Assembly (NCBI GenBank): GCA_963711935.1 | Contig: CAVQGD010000034.1 | Coordinates: forward strand, 72,334-136,333 | Source of the DNA: an uncultured Actinomycetota bacterium | Lineage (GTDB): Bacteria > Actinomycetota > Actinomycetes > Streptomycetales > Streptomycetaceae | Reading direction: 5' to 3' | DNA: 64,000 bases | In this document: positions 52,351-62,797 of the stretch, in pieces | Layout of the letters: each line of letters opens with the position of its first letter | How positions within the stretch are numbered: the stretch's first letter is position 1 | Notes under the pieces: generated by a model | The model's input: the letters and a program-made list of their open reading frames with translations, nothing else | Told to the model about the DNA's origin: nothing | Databases searched by the model: none | Position numbers and translations under genes: made by a program

Positions 52351-54234
52351 ATGAGAGGTCACCCCTTGCTGGCACTGCGTGGGGTTTCCAAGCGGTTCGG
52401 CCCCGTGAAGGCCCTCACCCGCGTTGATCTGGAGGTCAACGCGGGTGAGGTAGTTGCCCTGGTCGGGGGAAACGGTGCCGGCAAGTCCACTTTGGTCCAG
52501 GTGATCAGTGGGGCGAGCCCAGCGGACTCCGGCGTCACGGAATGGGAAGGCCAACCTGTCGACCTCCGCGAGCCACGCGATGCCCAGAACCTGGGCATCG
52601 TTACCGTCTACCAGGACCTTTCGCTCTGCGACAACCTTGACGTGGTGGAGAATCTTTTCCTTGGCCGTCTGATCCGCAGATTCGGCATGCTCAACAAGGC
52701 CGAGATGCAGAAACGCTCCCGCGAGGCGCTGAACACCCTCTCCTGCCGGATCCCCAGCGTGCGCGTCCCCGTCTCCGCACTCTCCGGCGGCCAACGCCAG
52801 ATGGTGGCAATAGCCCGCTCGCTGATCGGCGAGCCAAAGCTGGTGATCCTGGACGAACCCACCACAGCTCTCGGGATCGAACAGACCGGTCAAGTCCTGG
52901 ACCTGATCAAGCGCCTGCGTGATCAAGGCCTCGGTGTGGTCTTGATCAGCCACAACCTGGAGCAGATACGCGCGGTCGCGGACCGGGTCGCGGTGCTGCG
53001 CCTCGGCCGCAACAACGGCTTCTTCGAGATGAAGTACACCACCGATGAGCAGATCATCTCCGCCATCACCGGCGACCACGCCATGGGCGTGACCTTGCAG
53101 CACAGTCTGCTCCCCCGTGGCCTGCCCGAACAGAGCGCCGTGGAAGTGGCCTACCGCTATCTGCCCTCGCATGGCGGCGTAGGCGGCGACTGGTTCGACG
53201 TCATCCCCCTGTCCGGTACCCGGGTGGCACTGGTCGTGGGCGATGTGGTGGGCCACGGCCTGCATTCCGCCGCCACGATGGGCCGCCTGCGCACCGCGGT
53301 CCACAATTTCTCCGCTCTGGACCTCTCGCCCGACGAGCTGCTCAGCTATCTCGACGAACTGGTCACCCAGATCGACCAGGACGAGGCGGAGGGGACCTCT
53401 CATGAAGGAATTGAAGGAATCACCGGAGCCAGCTGCCTTTACGCGATCTACGATCCGGTCTCGGGCCACTGCACCCTGGCCTGCGCCGGCCATCCCCCGC
53501 CCGCGATTGTCCACCCCGACGGCACCGTGGACTTCCCCGAGCTGCCCGTGGGCCCGCCCCTCGGCTTCGGCGGACTGCCTTTCGAGACGGCCGAGGTGGA
53601 CCTGCCCGAAGGCAGCCAGCTCGTGCTGTACACCGACGGGCTCATCGAGGACCGCGAGCGCGACATCGACGTCGGCCTGGAGCTGCTGCGCAGCGCCCTG
53701 TCGTACCCGGGCCGGGGCCCGCAGGAGATCTGCCGGGCGGTGCTCGACGCCTTGCTGCCCGATCGGCCGGCCGACGATGTCGCCCTGCTCGTCGCCCGCA
53801 CCCGCGTCCTGGCGGCCGACCAGGTCGCCGATCTGGACGTGGCGTTCGAGCCCGAAGCCGTCTCCCATATCCGCGCCGACGTCACCCGGCAGCTGCAAAA
53901 GTGGGACCTGCCCCCGGATGTGGGATTCGCCACCGTACTCATCCTCAGCGAACTGGTCACCAACGCGATCCGTTACGGCACCCCCCCGGTCCACGTCCGC
54001 CTGCTACGGGACCGCAGCCTGATCTGCGAGGTCACCGACGGCAGCAGCACTTCTCCCCACCTGCGCTACGCCGAGAAGCTGGATGAGGGCGGACGCGGTC
54101 TGTTCCTCGTGGCCCAGCTCGCCAAACGCTGGGGTGCCCGCTACGAGGCCGGGGGAAAGGTCATCTGGACGGAACAGCCACTGCCCTCTCCAGGGCCTCC
54201 GGCAGGAGGGCCTCCGGCAGGTCACCGCCACTGA
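52351..54234 (+). CDS. Fusion of sugar ABC ATPase, PP2C/SpoIIE phosphatase and HATPase_c
   Basis: GGNGAGKST, YQD, LSGGQ, VILDEPT, ISHN; then TLQHSLLP, GGDWFD, GDVVGHG, YTDGL, DDVA; then SELVTNA, GGRGL, GKVIW. Confidence 0.9.
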   Translation: MRGHPLLALRGVSKRFGPVKALTRVDLEVNAGEVVALVGGNGAGKSTLVQVISGASPADSGVTEWEGQPVDLREPRDAQNLGIVTVYQDLSLCDNLDVVENLFLGRLIRRFGMLNKAEMQKRSREALNTLSCRIPSVRVPVSALSGGQRQMVAIARSLIGEPKLVILDEPTTALGIEQTGQVLDLIKRLRDQGLGVVLISHNLEQIRAVADRVAVLRLGRNNGFFEMKYTTDEQIISAITGDHAMGVTLQHSLLPRGLPEQSAVEVAYRYLPSHGGVGGDWFDVIPLSGTRVALVVGDVVGHGLHSAATMGRLRTAVHNFSALDLSPDELLSYLDELVTQIDQDEAEGTSHEGIEGITGASCLYAIYDPVSGHCTLACAGHPPPAIVHPDGTVDFPELPVGPPLGFGGLPFETAEVDLPEGSQLVLYTDGLIEDRERDIDVGLELLRSALSYPGRGPQEICRAVLDALLPDRPADDVALLVARTRVLAADQVADLDVAFEPEAVSHIRADVTRQLQKWDLPPDVGFATVLILSELVTNAIRYGTPPVHVRLLRDRSLICEVTDGSSTSPHLRYAEKLDEGGRGLFLVAQLAKRWGARYEAGGKVIWTEQPLPSPGPPAGGPPAGHRH

Positions 54235-54239
54235 GCGGT

Positions 54240-55250
54240 TCACCGCCACTGAGCGGTGAAGTGGGCGGACAGCCGCGTGTTCACCCAGATCGCGGCCAGC
54301 AGGATAGCGCCCTGCACGATCTGCACGTTGAACGCCGAGACGTGGCTGAGCACCAGCCCGTTCTCCATCATTCCCAGCACCAGGGCACCCAGCACCGTGC
54401 CCACTATCGTGCCGTGGCCGCCGAAGAGGCCGGTGCCGCCAAGAACCACGGCGGTGATGACGTCCAGCGCGAACGTGGCCCCGCCGGCGCTGGAAGAGCC
54501 GGATCCGAGCCGGGTGGCGATGAGGATCCCGGCCATGCCGGCCGCCAACCCCGACAGCACATAGGCGAAGAAGCCGATCCGGCGGATATTCACGCCGTTG
54601 CGGCGCAGCGACTCGGCGTTGGAGCCCAGGGAGACCACATACCGGCCGAACGGGGTGTACTCGAGGACCACCCAGCCGAGCACCATGGTGCCCACCGCGA
54701 TCAGTGCGGCGACGGGGATCGGCCCGATCCGGCCCTGCCCGAGCTGGGTGACCCAGGCCGTCGAGCTGATGGGGACCGAGTACCCGTTGGTCATCCGCAG
54801 TGCCACACCGCTGAGCAGCGAGAAGGTAGCGAGGGTGACGATGAACGGCGGCATCTTCTGGTAGGCGGAAAAGTAGCCGTTCACAGCGCCGATGAACGCA
54901 CCTGCGGCCAAGGCCGCCAGCAGCGCGAGGGTGGTACCGATGCCGTGCTCCAGCATCAGTGCCAGACCCGCTCCGGTGACCGCCACGGTGGAACCGACCG
55001 ACAGGTCGATGCCGGCAGTGGTGATCACGAAGGTCATGGCCACGGCGACGATGACGATCGGCGCGGTCTGGTTGAGCACGCTCCACAGGTTCGCCGGGGT
55101 GGCGAAGGAGTCGGCGGCCACCGTGAAGTAGACGGCCAGAGCAGCGAACACCAGGGCGATGCTGAAGGTGTGCGCGTGCTGACCGAGCAGAGCCCTGGCC
55201 TGGGCGGTGCGTCCGGTGGCCAGCTGTTCGCCGGGGAGCAAGGTGGACAT
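54240..55250 (-). CDS. Sugar ABC transporter permease (RbsC-like)
   Basis: GIDLSVG, PPFIVTL, TPFGR...GSN, LDVITAVVLGGT.LFGG.G. Confidence 0.93.
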   Translation of the reverse strand: MSTLLPGEQLATGRTAQARALLGQHAHTFSIALVFAALAVYFTVAADSFATPANLWSVLNQTAPIVIVAVAMTFVITTAGIDLSVGSTVAVTGAGLALMLEHGIGTTLALLAALAAGAFIGAVNGYFSAYQKMPPFIVTLATFSLLSGVALRMTNGYSVPISSTAWVTQLGQGRIGPIPVAALIAVGTMVLGWVVLEYTPFGRYVVSLGSNAESLRRNGVNIRRIGFFAYVLSGLAAGMAGILIATRLGSGSSSAGGATFALDVITAVVLGGTGLFGGHGTIVGTVLGALVLGMMENGLVLSHVSAFNVQIVQGAILLAAIWVNTRLSAHFTAQWR

Positions 55251-55410
55251 GGGGGCGCCTCTGGACGTCACGGAGCTTTCACTGAGCTGATTGCGGCTGT
55301 AGGGCAGTCATGGAGCAGCTGTAGGGCAGTCATGGAGCAGCTGTAGAGCAGCCATAAAGCAGCTGTAGAGCGGCTGTAGAGCGGCTGTAGCAGTCGCCCG
55401 ACGATCTGCT

Positions 55411-56385
55411 TCATGAGCCGTAGACCGAGCGGTAGGCGTCCACGTTGGCTTTGGTCACGATGGTGACCGGGACGGAGATCTGGCGGGCCACGCTGTTGCC
55501 ATCGATCAACTGCCGGGCGGCCTTCACCGCCTGCTTGCCCTGATCCTTGGGGTCCTGCTGTACGACGCCGATGACGAACCCCTGGTCGATGCCCTGGATC
55601 GTCTGGGGTGACAGATCCCATCCGAACAGGTGCACACGGCCGACCGCGCCCTGGGCCCGCTCCGCGGCCACCGCACCGATCAAGGCCGGCTCACCGGTCG
55701 CGTACAACACGTTCATGTCCGGCTGCGCGGTGAACAGGTTTTGCGCCGCTGCGGCAGCCCGCTCCTGCACGTTCTGACCGTTCACAGTCTGCAGGACTTG
55801 TGCACCGGACGCCTGGACCGTCTGCACAAACCGATCTCTGCGGATGGTTTGGATGCCAGGGGCGCTTACCACACCGATCTTCAGATCGACCTTGTGGGTC
55901 TTGGCCCAGTCGATCAGCCACCGCCCCGCCTGGACCGCCCCCTTGCCGTTGTCGGTACCCACCTGCACATCCACCGCCGGGTCGTCCCCGAACGCCTCGA
56001 CGGCAACAATCTTGACCCCGGCCTCGTGGGCCTGCTTGATCTCCGGCTTGATCGCATTCAGGTCGATCGGGTCGACGATGATCGCCTTGTAGCCCTGCTG
56101 CGTGAAGTTCCGGATGGCCTCGGCCTGCGCCGCGGGGTCATTATTGGCATTGAAGGTCGACAAGCTGACGTCGAGATCCTTGGCGGCCTCCGCAGCACCG
56201 GCGTTCAACTGGTTGAAAAACGCCGCCTGTTGATTGACTTGGACGAGTGCCACCTTCCGGCCGCCCGGCGCGCCGCCCGGCGCGCCTGCGCCGCCGCACG
56301 CCACCAGCAGGATCATCGCCAGAACCATTGCAGCACCGGCCACCGCGACCGCGCCGAACCGTCCGTGAGTCATCCCGTGAGTCAT
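55411..56385 (-). CDS. Sugar ABC transporter substrate-binding lipoprotein (RbsB-like)
   Basis: Lipobox LVAC; FFNQL, VGTDN, FGWD, VQQDP. Confidence 0.9.
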   Translation of the reverse strand: MTHGMTHGRFGAVAVAGAAMVLAMILLVACGGAGAPGGAPGGRKVALVQVNQQAAFFNQLNAGAAEAAKDLDVSLSTFNANNDPAAQAEAIRNFTQQGYKAIIVDPIDLNAIKPEIKQAHEAGVKIVAVEAFGDDPAVDVQVGTDNGKGAVQAGRWLIDWAKTHKVDLKIGVVSAPGIQTIRRDRFVQTVQASGAQVLQTVNGQNVQERAAAAAQNLFTAQPDMNVLYATGEPALIGAVAAERAQGAVGRVHLFGWDLSPQTIQGIDQGFVIGVVQQDPKDQGKQAVKAARQLIDGNSVARQISVPVTIVTKANVDAYRSVYGS

Positions 56386-56750
56386 CGGGAATTCCTTCCC
56401 AGCGTCGGCTGAATTTTTGGAATGAGTTCCTTCAATGCTGTGACCGCATCCACCCGATCTGCGGCTCCTGGAAAGGGGGCTCCTGGAGAAGGCTGGCGAG
56501 AACTCATTTTTGCGCGAATGGCATGCCGTAACAGTCCTCTGGCCTTTGCGCGGCAGAAGGTCAGTTGTTGGCGAATCAGTAGCAGTTCGAGGAGCTCCCG
56601 ATGGCCATACCTCCCAATATACGACCATAAACAACGAGACTTCGTCGCTCGAGCTCAGTGGGGGAATGCCCAGGGGTGGTTGGTCATGATCGGTAGGCGG
56701 TGTTCCGGATCTTGCTTCTTGGGACAGGGGGCTTGCTTCTGGGGGCAGGG

Positions 56751-56946
56751 GGAGGATGAGGCTCTTCAACCGGAGGATGAGGCTCTTCAACCGACGGAGA
56801 GGGCAAGGCAGGGCAGCAAGGCAGGGCAGCAAGGCAGGGCAGCAAGGCAGGGCAGCAAGGCAGGGCAGCAAGGCAGGGCAGCAAGGCAGGGCAGCAAGGC
56901 AGGGCAGCAAGGCAGGGCAGCAAGGCAGGGCAGGGCAGCAAGGCAG
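56751..56946 (+). repeat. 21-bp duplication plus about 10 copies of 13-bp caaggcagggcag
   Basis: Read directly from the sequence; intergenic. Confidence 0.93.
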
Positions 56947-57164
56947 CGCAGTGTACGCACGCCCACCCCTCCCGACACGGTCCTCGCCCAGGTACACCCC
57001 AGGGTGTGAACCGCATGTGCATCCCCGCACGTCAGCAGGGGAGACTGGAGGATCCGTGACTGGGGGATCCACGCAGGACAACAAGACAAGAGGAGCCCGC
57101 ACTCCGGCTCACCCCGGTTCACTCCGGCTCCCCGCACACACCTCCAGAGGACTGGCTGATCATG

Positions 57165-59852
57165 ATGGGCGGATCAGCGCCCCGAAGGGACCGCCGCACC
57201 CACCTCCCGGTCGAGACGACCAGCTTCGTCGACCGTCGGGGTGAACTCGCCGAAGGCAGAAGCCTGTTGGCCAGGTCACGCCTTGTCACGCTCACCGGCC
57301 CCGGCGGCGTCGGCAAGTCCCGTCTCGCCACCCGCCTCGCGGCCGGCCTGGAACGCGCCTTCCCGGACGGTGTCCGCTGGGTCCCCCTCGCCGGCCTGTA
57401 CGACCCCGCCCTCGTACCCGTCGCCGCCGCCGGCGCCCTGGGCCTGCACGACAACTCCCACCAGCCCCCGCTCACCGCGCTCGTGGACCAGGTCCGCGAC
57501 CGCCGCCTCCTGCTGGTCCTCGACAACTGCGAACACCTCCTCACCGCCTGCGCCGAACTGGCCGCGGCCCTGCTGCACGGCACCCCCGGCATCCGTATCC
57601 TCGCCACCAGCCGCCACCGCCTGGCCCTCACCGAGGAACACCTCCTGGAAGTGCGCCCGCTCCCCGTCCCCGACCCCGACGGCGACCTCTCGGAGGCCGA
57701 CGGCTACGCCTCCCTCGCCCTCTTCGCCGATCGCGCCGCCGCCGTCGTCCCCGGCTTCACCCTCACCCCCGCCAACCGCGCCTCCGTGGCTCGCCTCTGC
57801 CGCCGTCTCGACGGCCTTCCCCTCGCCATCGAACTGGCCACCGTCCGCATGCGCGTCCTCGGCATCGACCAGCTCCTCGAACGCCTCGAACGCCTCGATG
57901 ACGGCTCCCGCCTCGACGATCGTCACCGTCTCGACGACGGTTCCCGCCTCGATGACGGTTCCCGCCTCGATGACCGTCACCGCCTTGATGACGGCTCCCG
58001 CCTCGACGACCGCTACCGCCTCCTCACCGCCGGCAGTCCCGCCGTCCTGCCCCGCCACCAGACCCTTCGCGCCGCCGTCGACTGGAGCCACGAACTCTGC
58101 ACCCGCCACGAGCAGTTGGTGTGGGCGCGGGCGTCCGTACTCGTCGGCGGCTTCGACCTGGAGACCGCCGAGGCCGTGTGCGCGGACGGCGAACAGGTCC
58201 GGTCCCACGACGTCCTGGAAGCCGTCGCCGGCCTCGTCGACAAGTCCGTACTGACCCGGGACGAGCACGCGGGAGCTGTCCGCTACCGGCTCATCGACAC
58301 CCTCCGCCACTACGGCCTCGAAAGGCTCCGCCTGACCCCGGGCGCCGAGACCGACGCCCGGCGGCGGCAGCGCGACCACATACTGGAGCGCGCGGCCGAC
58401 TACGAGCGCGCGTGGTTCGGGTCCGGCCAGCGGGAGCTCGTCACCCGCCTCCGCGCCGACCAGGACAACCTGCGGGCCGCGCTCGACTTCAGCCTGGTCA
58501 CCCCCGGCGAGGCCCTCGCCGGGATGCGGCTTGCCGGGAGCCTCTGGTTCTACTGGCACGCCTGCGGCGGCACCCGCGAGGGCCGCTACTGGCTCGAGCG
58601 GGCACTCGACGCCAACCCCGGGCCGACCCGCGAACGCGCCCGCGCTCTCTGGGCCGTGGGCCTGCTCTCCGGCTGCTCCGAGGACATTGCCGTGGGCCGG
58701 CGCCGCACCGAGCAGGCCCGCGAACTCGCCCTCGAACTGGGCGAGTCGGCGGAGGTCGCGCACGCCGACAGCGTCCTCGGCATCCTGGACCTCTTCGGCG
58801 ACGACCCGCACGCCGCCCTCGGCCACTTCGAGGCCGCCGTCGCCCACGGTCCGGTCCCCGGCACACTCCCCACCCTCACCGGCCTCGATCATTTCGGGCT
58901 CGCCACCGCTCTGTCGTACCTCGGACACGCCGACCGCGCCGTCGCCGTCTGCCAGGACGCCCGCCGCCACTGCGAGGAACACGGCGAGGAGTGGGTCCGC
59001 AGCTACGTACTCCGGGCGCTGGCCCTCGCGTACACGGTGAAGGGCGAGTGGCGGCGCGCGGAGTCGTACGGCAGGGAGGCACTGCGCATCAAGCGCGCTG
59101 TCCACGACATGTTCGGCATCGCCCTCACGCTCGACCTGCTGGTGGTGATCACGGCGGCACTCGACACCCCTGAAGGCGCCGCCGTCCTGCTCGGCGGCGC
59201 CGACCGCGTCTGGGCCGACATCCTCAGTGGCCGCTTCGTGTCCACCACCTACAACGCGGCACGCCGGCGCAGCGAGGCACACGTACGCGAGACCCTCGGG
59301 CAGCGGGACTTCGAGCAGGCGTACCGGCGCGGGGAGGCCCTCGGACTCACCGAACTCATCGAGTACGCCCTGCGGGAGCGGACACGGAAACGCGGACAGG
59401 GGCGAGGGCAGGGGCACGGACAGGGACAGGGGCACGTACAGGGGCACGGACAGGGACACGGACAGGGACACGGACACGGACAGGGACAGGGACACCGCCG
59501 GGAGGCCCGGCCGGACCCTGCCGCATCCGTGGCCGCAGCATCCAGGGTTGCCTCCGCGGCCGCATCCAGGACCGCATCCAGGACCGCATCCAGGACCGCA
59601 TCCACGGCGAACGGCGGCACCCGGCTCACCCGGCTCACCCGGCGCGAGACCGAGGTCGCCCGCCTCGTCGCCGAAGGCCTCACCAACCAGCAGATCGCCG
59701 ACCGCCTGGTCATCGCCCGCCGCACCGCGGAAGGCCATGTCGAACGGATCCTCGGCAAGCTCGGCTTCCACAACCGCAGCCAGATCGCCACCTGGGTGAC
59801 CGCACAGACGCCCCCCGCACAGATGCCCCCTACACAGACGCCACCCGCTTGA
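57165..59852 (+). CDS. Large ATP-binding regulator with C-terminal LuxR HTH
   Basis: TSFVDR, GPGGVGKS, LVLDNCEH, LDGLPLAIELA, LTRRETEVARLVAEGLTNQQIA; in-frame repeats RLDDGS and GQGH. Confidence 0.92.
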   Translation: MGGSAPRRDRRTHLPVETTSFVDRRGELAEGRSLLARSRLVTLTGPGGVGKSRLATRLAAGLERAFPDGVRWVPLAGLYDPALVPVAAAGALGLHDNSHQPPLTALVDQVRDRRLLLVLDNCEHLLTACAELAAALLHGTPGIRILATSRHRLALTEEHLLEVRPLPVPDPDGDLSEADGYASLALFADRAAAVVPGFTLTPANRASVARLCRRLDGLPLAIELATVRMRVLGIDQLLERLERLDDGSRLDDRHRLDDGSRLDDGSRLDDRHRLDDGSRLDDRYRLLTAGSPAVLPRHQTLRAAVDWSHELCTRHEQLVWARASVLVGGFDLETAEAVCADGEQVRSHDVLEAVAGLVDKSVLTRDEHAGAVRYRLIDTLRHYGLERLRLTPGAETDARRRQRDHILERAADYERAWFGSGQRELVTRLRADQDNLRAALDFSLVTPGEALAGMRLAGSLWFYWHACGGTREGRYWLERALDANPGPTRERARALWAVGLLSGCSEDIAVGRRRTEQARELALELGESAEVAHADSVLGILDLFGDDPHAALGHFEAAVAHGPVPGTLPTLTGLDHFGLATALSYLGHADRAVAVCQDARRHCEEHGEEWVRSYVLRALALAYTVKGEWRRAESYGREALRIKRAVHDMFGIALTLDLLVVITAALDTPEGAAVLLGGADRVWADILSGRFVSTTYNAARRRSEAHVRETLGQRDFEQAYRRGEALGLTELIEYALRERTRKRGQGRGQGHGQGQGHVQGHGQGHGQGHGHGQGQGHRREARPDPAASVAAASRVASAAASRTASRTASRTASTANGGTRLTRLTRRETEVARLVAEGLTNQQIADRLVIARRTAEGHVERILGKLGFHNRSQIATWVTAQTPPAQMPPTQTPPA

Positions 59853-60055
59853 CGGCCTGTGTCCCGTACGCGTGACCGACAGCGCTCCTGTACACCTGTA
59901 TCCGTACGCCTGCATCGGTACGCCCGCATCCGTACGCACACATACGCGCCGCCCGCATCCGTACGCACATATACGCGTCGCTCGCGATACGCGTACGTAC
60001 GGATGCGGGTATTCCTCCCCGTGTGCCGGACATTCGGCGTGGACACGCTGGACGC

Positions 60056-60595
60056 ATGCTGCGACTCTCCGTGGAACAAGAGGGGCAAGAGAAACAAAAG
60101 AACCAAGAGGCCCAAGAGGCCCAAGAGGCCCAAGAGGCACAACTGGCCGACCACCGCCCCCAGTTCGGCACACTCCCCCCGCTGCCGCTGGGGGCCGGCC
60201 ACCGAAGCGTCGAGTACGACCCCTGCCCCTCCGCGGCCGGCGAGGCCCGCGCGGAGGTGCGCAGACAGCTGGAGAACTGGGGGCTCACCGAGCAGAGCGA
60301 GACGGTGGAACTCCTCGTCAGCGAACTCGTCACCAACGCCCTGGTGCACGCGAAGAGCCGCCTGCGGCTGACGCTCACGGCCGCGCACGGCGTGCTGCGC
60401 TGCGAAGTGTCCGACACCGACGACAGCCGTCCCCGCGTGCGACGGCTCACGGAGACATCGGAAGGTGGCCGCGGGATGTTCCTGGTGGAGACGCTCGCGC
60501 GGCGCTGGGGCTGTGACCAGGACGGGCCGGGCAAGACCGTCTGGTTCGAGCTCGGCACGTGCGGGCTGGGCGGCTGTGACCGACGGCAGCCGTAG
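60056..60595 (+). CDS. HATPase_c anti-sigma-like ATP-binding protein
   Basis: ELLVSELVTNA, CEVSD, EGGRGMFLV, GKTVWFE. Confidence 0.88.
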   Translation: MLRLSVEQEGQEKQKNQEAQEAQEAQEAQLADHRPQFGTLPPLPLGAGHRSVEYDPCPSAAGEARAEVRRQLENWGLTEQSETVELLVSELVTNALVHAKSRLRLTLTAAHGVLRCEVSDTDDSRPRVRRLTETSEGGRGMFLVETLARRWGCDQDGPGKTVWFELGTCGLGGCDRRQP

Positions 60596-60710
60596 CCCAC
60601 GAGTTCCGGCGATTCTTCCCTTCTTCCCTTCTTCCCTTGATTCTTTCCTGCACTGTTTCCTTCGCCGCCCCCCCTTGCGCCCTCGCCCGCTTTACGCTTT
60701 CTTGATCGAC

Positions 60711-62087
60711 ATGACGGAGACCACGGGAAACCAGGTGACAGGGGCGGCTACCGAGAGCCGCCCCCGCAAGTCCAGTTGGAAGTACATCGGCCCCGGCATC
60801 GTCGTCGCCGCGACCGGTGTCGGTGCCGGCGACCTGGTGGCGACTCTCATCGCGGGCAGCAACTTCGGCTACACGCTGCTGTGGGCCGCCGTGATCGGCT
60901 GCCTCGTCAAGATCTCCCTCGCCGAGGCGGCGGGCCGCTGGCACCTGTCCACCGGCCGCACCCTGTTCGACGGCTGGGCGAGCCTCGGCCGCTGGACGAC
61001 GTACTTCTTCGTCGTGTACGTCGTGATCTGGGGCTTCGTATACGGCGCGGCCGCGATGGCATCCAGCGCGCTGCCGCTGCAGGCGCTGTTCCCGGACGTC
61101 ATGGACCTCGAATGGTGGGGCATCGCCTGCGGTCTCGTCGGCCTGGTGTTCGTCTGGTTCAACAAGTACGCGGTCTTCGAGAAGGTCATGACCGTCCTGG
61201 TGGGCGTCATGTTCGTGGTGACGGTCTACCTGGCGATCCGTGTCACCCCCAACCTGGGTGACGCCTTCGCGGGTCTTCTCCCCGTCCTCCCCGACGAGAA
61301 GGAGTCCGTCCTCAACACCCTCGGCCTGATCGGCGGCGTCGGCGGCACCATCACGCTCGCCGCGTACGGCTACTGGGTCAACGCCAAGGGCTGGACGGAC
61401 ACCGGCTGGATGAAGGTCATGCGCCTCGACAACCGGGTCGCGTACGCCACGACGGGCATCTTCGTGATCGCGATGCTGTTCGTGGGCGCGGAGCTCCTGC
61501 ACTCCGCGAACGTCGCCCTCGCGAGCGGCGACAAGGGCCTCGTCCAGCTCGGCGACATCCTGGAGGACGAATACGGCACGGCGACGTCGAAGTTCTTCCT
61601 GATCGGCTTCTTCGCCACCTCCTTCACCTCCCTGATCGGTGTCTGGCACGGCGTGAGCCTGATGTTCGCGGATTTCGTGGCGCGCTACCGGGGACGCGGC
61701 GAGGTGAAGGGCGGCGAGGTGAAGAGCAGTGAGGTGAAGGGCGGCGAGGTGAAGGGCGAGGAGGTCGCGTCGGGTGAGGAGGTCGCGTCGGGCGAGCGGG
61801 AGAAGTCGTGGCCGTTCCGCGCGTACCTGCTCTGGCTGACCTTCCCGCCCATGGTCCTGCTCTTCCAGGGCCAGCCCTTCCGCCTGGTCATCCTCTACGG
61901 CGTCCTGGGCGCCGCCTTCATGCCTTTCCTCGCCCTCACCCTGCTCTGGCTCCTCAACTCCGCCCGCACCCCCCGGGAGTGGCGCAACGGTCCGCTGAGC
62001 AACACGATGCTCGCGCTCGCGGGCGTGCTGTTCGTGGTGCTGTGCATGAAGCAGATCTGGGACCAGCCGTGGTCGGAGTTCTTCTGA
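60711..62087 (+). CDS. Nramp-related membrane transporter
   Basis: IGPGIVVAATGVGAGDL, FGYTLLW, about 11 TM helices. Confidence 0.85.
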   Translation: MTETTGNQVTGAATESRPRKSSWKYIGPGIVVAATGVGAGDLVATLIAGSNFGYTLLWAAVIGCLVKISLAEAAGRWHLSTGRTLFDGWASLGRWTTYFFVVYVVIWGFVYGAAAMASSALPLQALFPDVMDLEWWGIACGLVGLVFVWFNKYAVFEKVMTVLVGVMFVVTVYLAIRVTPNLGDAFAGLLPVLPDEKESVLNTLGLIGGVGGTITLAAYGYWVNAKGWTDTGWMKVMRLDNRVAYATTGIFVIAMLFVGAELLHSANVALASGDKGLVQLGDILEDEYGTATSKFFLIGFFATSFTSLIGVWHGVSLMFADFVARYRGRGEVKGGEVKSSEVKGGEVKGEEVASGEEVASGEREKSWPFRAYLLWLTFPPMVLLFQGQPFRLVILYGVLGAAFMPFLALTLLWLLNSARTPREWRNGPLSNTMLALAGVLFVVLCMKQIWDQPWSEFF

Positions 62088-62266
62088 TCAGTCCCCTCTG
62101 ATCCGCCTCTGGGGAATGTTTCCTCGGCGGAGGAGAGATACGGTGCGCCGTGGATGACGTGGATACGGGGGACCACATGGATCACAAGGATCACGTGAAC
62201 CACAGGGACCACATCGGCGACTCCGAGGGACTCCGAGGTACAGAGGCGCGAGAGGGACACCCGACG

Positions 62267-62797
62267 ATGCAGCAACCCGGCCACAGCCAACAGCCACCAC
62301 CGCCGCCGACCCCGCCCGGCTCCGGACAGCAGCAGCCGCCCCCACCCCCGCCCCCACCATCGACTCCGCCCGGTTTCGGCCCCCCACCACAGCCGTACGC
62401 GCCCCCACCACAGCCGTACGCGCCCCCGCCTCAACCCCCCGCCCCGTACCAGGCGCCCGCACATCCGCCCGGCCCCGGGCCCGCGCCGACGCAGCCCCAG
62501 CCCCAGCAGGCGCCCACGGGCCCGGAGTTCCTGGCCGTGGACCTCCACAACTCAGTCGTCGTCGACGCCTCCGGTATCTCCTTCGAGGATCACGGCCTGA
62601 ACATCGACTTCACCTGGCCGGAGGTCCGCAGCGTCCACTACCGCCCTGACCACACCGGCAAGGGGCTCGTCGTGGGTGTCGTCCACGTCGACGGCCGTTT
62701 CTACGAGTGCGTGGTCGACGCCAAACGCCCAGGCCGCCTCCAGGAGTGGTGCGGCCAGTTGCTCGCGGTGCTCCAGTACTACCGCCCCATGGGGTGA
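62267..62797 (+). CDS. Proline-rich hypothetical protein with a C-terminal beta-rich domain
   Basis: GAGGGA RBS; high GC3. Confidence 0.7.
   Translation: MQQPGHSQQPPPPPTPPGSGQQQPPPPPPPPSTPPGFGPPPQPYAPPPQPYAPPPQPPAPYQAPAHPPGPGPAPTQPQPQQAPTGPEFLAVDLHNSVVVDASGISFEDHGLNIDFTWPEVRSVHYRPDHTGKGLVVGVVHVDGRFYECVVDAKRPGRLQEWCGQLLAVLQYYRPMG

Noticed and set aside
30500-57000. Prophage or ICE
   Set aside because: No integrase, replication, FtsK/Tra or structural genes, and no tRNA or att site was seen
57165-59852. Biosynthetic gene cluster near the large LuxR regulator
   Set aside because: No PKS, NRPS, RiPP or terpene genes in the window
26346-60173. Long antisense or alternate-frame ORFs (e.g. 26346-28376, 31554-34562, 45555-48515, 48340-51429, 57276-60173)
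   Set aside because: Shadows of real high-GC genes, Arg/Pro/Gly/Val-rich with no motifs
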